Shown here piece by piece: positions 18,260 through 25,579 of a stretch of DNA of 64,000 nt. This stretch comes from an uncultured virus (IMG/VR IMGVR_UViG_3300048930_000898) (taxonomy: Duplodnaviria; Heunggongvirae; Uroviricota; Caudoviricetes). How positions within the stretch are numbered: position 1 is the first letter of the stretch; each line of letters begins with the position of its first letter. The notes beneath the pieces are model-generated. The model saw only the letters and a list, made by a program, of their open reading frames with translations, was not told the origin of the DNA and ran no database searches. The stretch lies in IMG/VR virus record IMGVR_UViG_3300048930_000898; one strand, 5' to 3'. The position numbers were made by a program, and so were the translations under genes.

Positions 18260-19276
18260 ATGTCAGAAAGTCAATCTGCTGGAGCGGACGCTTCGGTATC
18301 AACACAACCCACCGCTTCTGAAAGCGTTGTAAACGAAAATAACTTACCAGGTGAGCACACCATTGAACAAGGCGTAGATGAAGCCGTTGAAATGGCAGAA
18401 ACTGCTGCAACCGAACAAAAAGAACAAGAAGCTGCTGCTAAAAAATCTGCAGAAGAAATTGTAGAAGATGCTCTTGAAGACTTTGCAGAACTCTGGAAAA
18501 CTAAAAAGGGTAAAGAAATTCTAAAGGTAAATGGTAAAAAACGAGAAATTCAAGACTACAATGACATGGTGCGCTTGGCACAGTTAGGTCTTGCTGCAAA
18601 TGAAAAATTTCAACAAGCTAGTGATAAAATTCGTCAAGCTGAAGCAATTGTTGAACTTCTTCAAACCAATCCCGAAAAGGCACTTCAGCGCCTAGGATTT
18701 GATGTTCGTCAAATGGCCGAAGAATATCTTCGCGCTGAACTTCAAAAGGAAGTTCTTACTGATGAACAACGCAAAATCATGGAAATGGAACAAAAATTAG
18801 CAGAATACGAAGAACAAAAGAAAAAGAAAGAAGACGAAGAAAAAGCAAATCGTATTTCTGAACTTCAGCGTCACTATGAAGCTGAACTTTCTGATAAAAT
18901 TATTAAAGCAATTGAAACGTATAAACTTCCTCGTAATGAGCGTACAATTAGCCGTATTGCAGAAAAACTTTATGTTGCTCTTGAAAACGGTTATGAAATT
19001 GACCCATTGGATGTCGCTCCTCTTGTTAAACAGGAAGTTGAAGAAGAACTGCGCGGAATGTATGGAACTCTTGATGTAGATTCTATGCTCCAGCTCCTGG
19101 GTGAAGATAACCTTAAGAAAATTCGTGAACATGAATTGAGAAAAGTAAAAGACAAGGCACCTAAGAATCCTGTTAAAACAACTCCTGTTGCAACCCCTAG
19201 ACAGGAATCGGAAACAGGATCTAAAAAGATCAAAGCTGCTGATTTCTTTAAGAACCTTGAAGAAAAATATAAGTAA
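18260..19276 (+). CDS. Capsid scaffolding protein
   Basis: Acidic coiled coil with LKVNGKKREI motif, directly upstream of the capsid gene. Confidence 0.8.
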   Translation: MSESQSAGADASVSTQPTASESVVNENNLPGEHTIEQGVDEAVEMAETAATEQKEQEAAAKKSAEEIVEDALEDFAELWKTKKGKEILKVNGKKREIQDYNDMVRLAQLGLAANEKFQQASDKIRQAEAIVELLQTNPEKALQRLGFDVRQMAEEYLRAELQKEVLTDEQRKIMEMEQKLAEYEEQKKKKEDEEKANRISELQRHYEAELSDKIIKAIETYKLPRNERTISRIAEKLYVALENGYEIDPLDVAPLVKQEVEEELRGMYGTLDVDSMLQLLGEDNLKKIREHELRKVKDKAPKNPVKTTPVATPRQESETGSKKIKAADFFKNLEEKYK

Positions 19277-19318
19277 ATCAATAAGTTAGTAATTCTTATT
19301 ATTAATTAACTTTACATT

Positions 19319-19348
19319 AGACCACCTTCGGGTGGTCTTTTGTTTTTT
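19319..19348 (+). terminator. Intrinsic terminator
   Basis: AGACCACC-TTCG-GGTGGTCT followed by a T-tract. Confidence 0.9.
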
Positions 19349-19370
19349 ATATACAACTCGTTGTAATTGT

Positions 19371-19389
19371 TTAATAAGTAGTAATGTAA
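19371..19389 (+). promoter_or_regulatory. Putative late promoter, copy 5
   Basis: TTAATAAGTAGTAATGTAA before the capsid gene. Confidence 0.75.
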
Positions 19390-19575
19390 GCCTAGTAAAA
19401 CCCAACTTTCTATTACATTGGGACGCATCTGCTATCCCTTAAATAATAAGCTTGTTGGTATTTGAATGCACTTACGCCTATATTTCAATTCCTACCCTTA
19501 ATAGGGCGGTAGATGAAAAAAGTAACGTTAATATATCAAATAACAACAAATATTTAATTAAGGAGATATTGTAAA

Positions 19576-22032
19576 ATGTCTGGATCAAACACAGTATCGA
19601 CACTTAATGGTAACTTTAAATTCCTTGAAGTTGTGAGGTAAAGTTGTTAACCCCTCCTAGACAAACAATAGTTTGCTAGAAAAGTACGTGAATTGCTGGA
19701 ACTCCTGAAAAGGACAATCAGCAGCCAAGCCGTAGAGATACGGAAGGTTCAGAGACTACATATAGTAATTATCCTTAGCCGTATGGCGTTGGAGATAAAT
19801 AAAATGCTCAATAAAGATAAACGAAGCATGGTACTATCTTTAGTATTAGGAGATGGTTGTCTGCATTATATTAAAAATAATGGCAGAATCTTCGGTGGTT
19901 TAACAATAGATCATGGAATTAAACAGGCTGACTATCAAAGCTGGAAAGCAAGTTTACTTTCAACTATTTTTAATAAAAACATCAAAGTAAGAACCGGACA
20001 CAAAGGTAAATCAGTTCAACTAAGTCTATGTACAAAAAGATTTAGAGCCTGGAGAAAATTTTGTTATCCTAATAATAAAAAAGATATAGCTAAAATTCTT
20101 CCGTTTATTAATAATCCCGCATTTGCATTAGCAATTTGGCTTGCAGACGATGGTTATGCAGAAGTCGGTAAAAATATTAAATCTCCTAATAGTATATCTA
20201 GTAGATTAAGAATTTTTACTTGTGATCAAAGTATACCTACTCAAGAAGTCATCATTAAATGGTTTAAAACGCAATTTAATGTCAATGCAAAGATTAAATA
20301 TGCTCATAGTAAACAACAAAATAAGTCTTATCCTTATATAAAGTTTACACAAGAAGATAGCTTAAAACTATGGGGAATTATTAGAGATTTTATATTGCAA
20401 TTTAAAAGTATGCAGTATAAATTTAGACATATAGAGCAAGTTTATCAATTACGAATATTACAGCGCGTACCAGATCGTAGGTTTAAATCTACTAAATCTG
20501 ATGATATAGTCCAACCTCCTAGTAATAGTGAGATAAAGTAAAGCGAAGGAAGTATATTCCAACGAAATCAAGAACTTGATTCCGGATGGCGTTAAATTTC
20601 TTAAACTAGTTAACTATGTAGAGTCGAGCAAAGAACTTGGAAATTTTTATCACCAGCCTTAAGAACAGGGCCTCTAATTAGAAATAATTAGATAAACAGT
20701 TCCTGAATTGCTGGAAACTCCCAAATAGGGACAATCAGCAGCGAAGCCTCATAAGAGGAACGTTCAACGACTAGACCGAAAGGTCGTACTGCCAAGCGGC
20801 GGGAAGCGGGAACCATCCTTAATCGGATGAAGATATAGTCTAATCTTACAGGTAACTGTAAGCAGCGAAAGCGGATAAAGAGTAGCGATCTTTATTGAAT
20901 ACAAATGGTTCAACTTTCACACGAACACGGCGTAACTTATTCTGCCGCTAACCCCTCTTTGGGTGCATTTGCACTTCAAGATGCAGTAGCTGCCGTATTC
21001 AAGGACGCTCAAGTTGAAGGTTCTCAAATGCTTATTCGTGCTTCGATGAGCTATGAGGCAGCGGCTCGTGCTTCTAACGATAAAAAAGCTTTCGTAAAAG
21101 CCACTTCACTCATGGTGAAGAACATGGTAAACTCGATGGCTAAACGGCTTGAAGTTTCTAACCTCTATGGACGTAGAAACCTTGCTAAAATTGATTCGCA
21201 AACTGGTGCTGGTACTTCCCGTACATATACCATCTTGGCAGCCGATTGGGCTTCTGGTATCTGGGCAGGTTCCGAAGGTATGCGTCTCGATGTAATCGAC
21301 ACTGCAACACACACTGGCCCTACGGTTCTTTTGAACTCCACAGCCGCTGTTATCGTTGCTGCTGTTGACTTGACAGCTCGTCAAATTTCTGTTACTGGAA
21401 ACGGTGCAGATTTGACTGCAATCGACGCTGCTATCGCCACTGGAGCCTATATGATTCCTCGTGGTGCTCTTAACAACGACATCTTTGGTTTGGATCGTAT
21501 TGTATCGAACACCGGTTCGCTCTACAATATCGATGCCGCTTCCTATGCCCTCTGGCGTGGAAACGTTATTGATAACCTGGGTGTTGCTCTTTCTTTCAGC
21601 AAGATTCTTAACGCTCTTTCACGAGCCGTTGAGCGTGGTCTTGATGAAGATGTAGTTTGCATGATTTCTCCGAAAACATGGGCAAACATTTCTTCTGACC
21701 AAGCGGCTCTTCGTCGTTACGATGATAGCTACAAAGGAAGCAAACTTGAAAACGGATCAGTTGAGTACTCATTCTTTGGACAAAACGGTCGAATTGACAT
21801 TGTTTCTTCGATCTATGTTAAAGAAGGAGAAGCCTTCTTGTTCCCACCTAAGCTTTTGAAGCGTATCGGCGCTATGGACATTTCGTTCAAAATGCCTGGA
21901 CGTCCTCAAGAGGAGTTCTTCCTGGAACTCACAAACAACGCTGGTTATGAACTTCGCGCATACACGGATCAGACCCTGTTTTGCGAAGCTCCTGCGAAGC
22001 TTGTCAAAATCTTTAACATTGTGAATAGCTAA
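19576..22032 (+). CDS. Major capsid protein, spliced: join(19576..19617, 20546..20659, 20908..22032), 426 aa
   Basis: AAGGAG SD; exons join in frame as MSGSNTVSTLNGNF|KEVYSNEIKNLIPDG...FYHQP|VQLSHEHGVTY...; follows the scaffold; highly biased codons. Confidence 0.88.
19618..20545 (+). ncRNA. Group I intron 1 in the capsid gene (928 nt, carries a homing endonuclease)
   Basis: P AATTGCTGGAA, Q AATCAGCAG, R GTTCAGAGACTA, S GATATAGTCC; P1 AACTTT/GAAGTT with U-G; P10 TTCCTT/AAGGAA; terminal G. Confidence 0.93.
19804..20541 (+). CDS. Intron-encoded LAGLIDADG homing endonuclease
   Basis: SLVLGDG and LAIWLADDG motifs; ATG 19804 after GGAG. Confidence 0.88.
   Translation: MLNKDKRSMVLSLVLGDGCLHYIKNNGRIFGGLTIDHGIKQADYQSWKASLLSTIFNKNIKVRTGHKGKSVQLSLCTKRFRAWRKFCYPNNKKDIAKILPFINNPAFALAIWLADDGYAEVGKNIKSPNSISSRLRIFTCDQSIPTQEVIIKWFKTQFNVNAKIKYAHSKQQNKSYPYIKFTQEDSLKLWGIIRDFILQFKSMQYKFRHIEQVYQLRILQRVPDRRFKSTKSDDIVQPPSNSEIK
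20660..20907 (+). ncRNA. Group I intron 2 in the capsid gene (248 nt, no ORF)
   Basis: P AATTGCTGGAAA, Q AATCAGCAG, R GTTCAACGACTA, S AAGATATAGTC; P1 GCCT/GGGC; P10 GAAC/GTTC; terminal G 20907. Confidence 0.93.
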
Positions 22033-22067
22033 AGCTATTAAAAAGACTAGTTAAATCAAGTCTTTAT

Positions 22068-22097
22068 GAGGCTCCCTAACCGGAGCCTCTTTTTTTA
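22068..22097 (+). terminator. Intrinsic terminator after the capsid gene
   Basis: GAGGCTCC-N6-GGAGCCTC followed by a T-tract. Confidence 0.9.
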
Positions 22098-22138
22098 TGT
22101 AAATAATAAAGATTGATTAGTATAAACTCTAAAACTTC

Positions 22139-22166
22139 TTGATTTAATGTAAAATAGTGATATACT
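22139..22166 (+). promoter_or_regulatory. Sigma70-like promoter, probably leaderless
   Basis: TTGATT-16 nt-TATACT with TG extension; ATG 6 nt after the -10; no SD. Confidence 0.55.
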
Positions 22167-22172
22167 AGTACA

Positions 22173-23027
22173 ATGTCTTACGGTATTATTTATAAAATTA
22201 CAAATCTGTTAAATAATAAAATATACATCGGTCAAACTACTACTAGTATAAATAAACGATGGAATCTACATAAAACCGCATCTAAACTCCAGGGTTTAAA
22301 TTCTAAGACTAAATCTATTTTACATAAAGCAATTCTAAAATATGGTCCATCCAATTTTTCAATAGAAGTTATATATAATTGTTCAAATAAAGAAGAATTA
22401 GATAAACAAGAAGATCTGTTAATTACTGAATATAATTCATTAGCTCCACATGGATATAACATGAAAAGGGGTGGCGGAAATGGAACATGGACACAAAGTT
22501 CTAAAATTAGACAGTCTAACAGGTTAAAATTATTGTACAAAAATAATCCTACTTTAAAAAATAAACTTTCTAAAACCTGGCATACCTTCTGGGATAACCT
22601 ATCGGAAGAAGAACACGAATTTTACGTTTCTAGATGGTCTAAAAAAAGCAAACAATACTGGACTGAAGATAATAAAGCTAAAAAGTCTAAAATTGAGAAA
22701 AAAAGATGGAAAAATCTCGATATTGAACAAAAAAAGAAAAGAATAAAGGGATTTCGAGAATATTGGACAGGCGATAAACTAAAAGAACATGGTGAATATA
22801 TTAAAAGTCTATCCCTTTGGAAAAAAAGCGGCTGTTTAAAAAAAGCTATGGATATATCAAGCAAAAAGGTTAAAGTTATTGAAATAAAAACAGGAAAATG
22901 TGTTATATATGAAAGTCAATCTGCCGTTGTTCGTCATCTTAAAATAGCTCAAAATACTATTGTTGATATAATGAAAAATAGAAGATCTAATGAATATAAA
23001 GGTTATAAGTTTGAAAAAGTCAATTAA
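22173..23027 (+). CDS. Free-standing GIY-YIG homing endonuclease
   Basis: GIIYKITN..NNKIYIGQT..R..H; GYN; NUMOD1-like C-terminus. Confidence 0.9.
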   Translation: MSYGIIYKITNLLNNKIYIGQTTTSINKRWNLHKTASKLQGLNSKTKSILHKAILKYGPSNFSIEVIYNCSNKEELDKQEDLLITEYNSLAPHGYNMKRGGGNGTWTQSSKIRQSNRLKLLYKNNPTLKNKLSKTWHTFWDNLSEEEHEFYVSRWSKKSKQYWTEDNKAKKSKIEKKRWKNLDIEQKKKRIKGFREYWTGDKLKEHGEYIKSLSLWKKSGCLKKAMDISSKKVKVIEIKTGKCVIYESQSAVVRHLKIAQNTIVDIMKNRRSNEYKGYKFEKVN

Positions 23028-23634
23028 AGATCTTTATAGAATAGAGCCCATTTCGTATACAAAGGCTCAAGAATTAGTTAAAAAGAATCATTATTTACAT
23101 GCAAAGGCTCCTTATAAAATAGCCTTCGGTTTAATTTCTAATGATACAAATGAGATAGAAGGAGTTATAATTTATGGTCGAGGTCCATCTGGAAGCGTAT
23201 TTAATAGCATATGTGGCAAAGAAGAGGCTAAAAATGTAATTGAGCTTACTCGTTTATGGGTAAAAGACGGTCTTCCAAAAAACTGCGAAAGCTACCTCAT
23301 TGGTAATACATTACATAAAACCGGTTATGATATTATAGTGTCCTTTGCAGACAGTTCTCAAAATCACATAGGAACGGTATATCAAGCTACTAATTGGATA
23401 TATCTAGGTCTAACGAAGGCCGTTTTAGAATATAAACTAAAGGGAGTTGTGACACATCAATATAAATGGTTTAAGGGATATAGTATAAAAGAGTTAAAAG
23501 AATTCTATGGAGATGACCTATACTTAGCTCCTAGATCTAGAAAGCATAGATATGTTTATTTTACCTCAAGAAGGCGTTATTTACTTAAAAAGTTGAAATT
23601 TCCTATTTTAACGTATCCTAAGAAAAAAGCCTAA
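22990..23634 (+). CDS. Mom-family adenine-modification (GNAT-fold) enzyme
   Basis: NHYLH, ELTRLW...KNCESYLI, IVSFAD..QNHIGTVYQATNWIYLG, KHRYVY. Confidence 0.85.
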   Translation: MNIKVISLKKSIKDLYRIEPISYTKAQELVKKNHYLHAKAPYKIAFGLISNDTNEIEGVIIYGRGPSGSVFNSICGKEEAKNVIELTRLWVKDGLPKNCESYLIGNTLHKTGYDIIVSFADSSQNHIGTVYQATNWIYLGLTKAVLEYKLKGVVTHQYKWFKGYSIKELKEFYGDDLYLAPRSRKHRYVYFTSRRRYLLKKLKFPILTYPKKKA

Positions 23635-23639
23635 AAACT

Positions 23640-23658
23640 TTAATAAGTAGTATTGTAA
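23640..23658 (+). promoter_or_regulatory. Putative late promoter, copy 6
   Basis: TTAATAAGTAGTATTGTAA. Confidence 0.75.
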
Positions 23659-23751
23659 ACACTGTTACATATGGACACGTCGGAATTGGTCGGACTGCTG
23701 GAAGACTAAGTTAGTGTCTTGCTATTGTTAACAATTGCGAGGGAGATTAAT

Positions 23752-24621
23752 TTGCCAATTCCATTAAGCCTAAATGGCGTAACATATCAATACCCCAGGC
23801 TCGGTGATGAAAACTGGGGTCAAGATGCAACAAACTGGGCTGTAGGTATAACACAGCTAGTAAATAGCATCGACACTTTAATTAACAATACAATCGCTTC
23901 TGGAATCTATGAACTTGCAAATGGTAGTGCTGCAACCCCATCTCTACGATTTCAATCTAGCTTAACCACTGGTATATATAGATCAGCAGCAGACACTCTT
24001 GGTTTCACTTCAGCTGGAGTTCAATCCGGTCAAATTTCATCTACAGGTCAACTTCAATGGATTTCTGGAACGGCAGCTGCACCTTCTTTTACATTTATAA
24101 ATGACCCAGATACTGGTATTTATAATGGTACACCAAATCAGCTCAGTTTTACTACAAATGGAGCAGCAGCTGGTAATATAGATTCAACTGGTCTATGGAC
24201 TTTAAATGCTCTATCAGTAACTGGTACAGCAACTCTACCAACTGCGAATGTAACTACTTTAAATGTTACTACTGCAAACGTTGATCAAATTAACGCCAAT
24301 GGGTATATTTTAGACGAGCAAACTACAGTTACGCTCTTAAATTTCTCAACTGGTAATGTTTTTACTTTTCCTGTAGCATCTAACAAAAACTTTATTGTGG
24401 ATTATTCTCTTGTTAGAGCAACTGGAAAAGAAACTGGGCAACTTATTATATCATCAGACGGAACGACAGTACAGGTGGCAGGTAATGCCTCGACAGTGGT
24501 TGATTGCGGCGTCAGTTTTGAAGGTGATGTAAACTCTGGTAACGTCAGACTTCGGTATTCTACAACGAATACTGGAACTGACGTTACCATGAGATATGTT
24601 GTAAAACGGTGGAATGACTAA
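23752..24621 (+). CDS. Virion fibre/structural protein
   Basis: TTG start after GAGGGAG; GSAA.PS..F..D.DTGIY fibre repeats. Confidence 0.7.
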   Translation: MPIPLSLNGVTYQYPRLGDENWGQDATNWAVGITQLVNSIDTLINNTIASGIYELANGSAATPSLRFQSSLTTGIYRSAADTLGFTSAGVQSGQISSTGQLQWISGTAAAPSFTFINDPDTGIYNGTPNQLSFTTNGAAAGNIDSTGLWTLNALSVTGTATLPTANVTTLNVTTANVDQINANGYILDEQTTVTLLNFSTGNVFTFPVASNKNFIVDYSLVRATGKETGQLIISSDGTTVQVAGNASTVVDCGVSFEGDVNSGNVRLRYSTTNTGTDVTMRYVVKRWND

Positions 24622-24953
24622 TGGGTGAAAATATCTTCAATTATAATATCGTAACCAATGGAGACATGTCGTCTAACATTGAATCTGATATTGTAGATTT
24701 ATCAAGAGCTGACGGATTTTCTATTGTAGCAGTCATTACAGGCTCCCCCGTTGGTACATTTTCTGTTAAAATGGGCAACACCGATGCTGATTTAACTGTA
24801 GATCCAGATAGCGTTGTTGCTGTATCTGGCGTAGATAAAATTGCATATTCACGAGATATTAACACTTTCGATAAAGTCCAGTGTTTTTATACTGCAACCT
24901 CTGGAAGTGGCACACTAACAGTGCGCATTAACGCAAAGGGTGATCCAAGGTAA
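24621..24953 (+). CDS. Small beta-rich virion protein
   Basis: Coupled ORF. Confidence 0.7.
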   Translation: MGENIFNYNIVTNGDMSSNIESDIVDLSRADGFSIVAVITGSPVGTFSVKMGNTDADLTVDPDSVVAVSGVDKIAYSRDINTFDKVQCFYTATSGSGTLTVRINAKGDPR

Positions 24954-25567
24954 TGGCTGATGTTTTTATTAAACTTGGACAAGGTGGAGCTGTCAACTAT
25001 AAATCAAGTGTTGACTCTCTTGCCTCTTTACCCGCAGTAGGTAATGTCCAAGGTGACGTTAGAGTTGTAAAGGATACATCCAGCCTGTACATATGGGATG
25101 GATCCTCTTGGCAACTAGCAACCGGTGGTAGTGGCAGCCCCGGAGGAACAACTGGAACTATTCAATTCAATAACTCTGGTAATTTTTCTGGAGAAGCTGA
25201 ATTAAAATGGGACAGCAGTGGAAAGTTTTTAAATTTAAATGGACTTGCTATAACAGCTTTAAGCAGTAGCACCAGTCTTGTTAATAATACACTATCTCCA
25301 ACAACGGCATTTAGTTATAGTGCTACTGATTATAATTATGCAATTGTTGAATATAGTTTAACAAGAAGTACATCTAAACAAGTTGGAAGAATGTTAGTTG
25401 TTAATGACTCAGTAAATGTGTCTTTAAATAATGATTTTAGTAATCTTAATGATACCGGAGTTGTATTTAGCGCAACAGTATCTGCAGGAAACGTACTAAT
25501 TCAATATACGACAACTGATACGGGATTTAATGCATTTTTAAAATATTCTATTAGACAGTGGATATAA
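24953..25567 (+). CDS. Virion fibre-associated protein
   Basis: LYIWDGSSW and IQFNNSGNFSG motifs. Confidence 0.7.
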   Translation: MADVFIKLGQGGAVNYKSSVDSLASLPAVGNVQGDVRVVKDTSSLYIWDGSSWQLATGGSGSPGGTTGTIQFNNSGNFSGEAELKWDSSGKFLNLNGLAITALSSSTSLVNNTLSPTTAFSYSATDYNYAIVEYSLTRSTSKQVGRMLVVNDSVNVSLNNDFSNLNDTGVVFSATVSAGNVLIQYTTTDTGFNAFLKYSIRQWI

Positions 25568-25579
25568 GAGGAGAAATAA

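Noticed and set aside
19276..19288. IHF consensus AATCAATAAGTTA after the scaffold gene
   Set aside because: A single match in AT-rich DNA with no supporting context
19693..19803. N-terminal extension of the LAGLIDADG ORF in the ORF track
   Set aside because: It runs through the intron P/Q/R core; ATG 19804 has an SD and starts just before the first motif
20905..20907. ATG as capsid start
   Set aside because: Its G is the terminal G of intron 2; no SD; upstream exons join in frame
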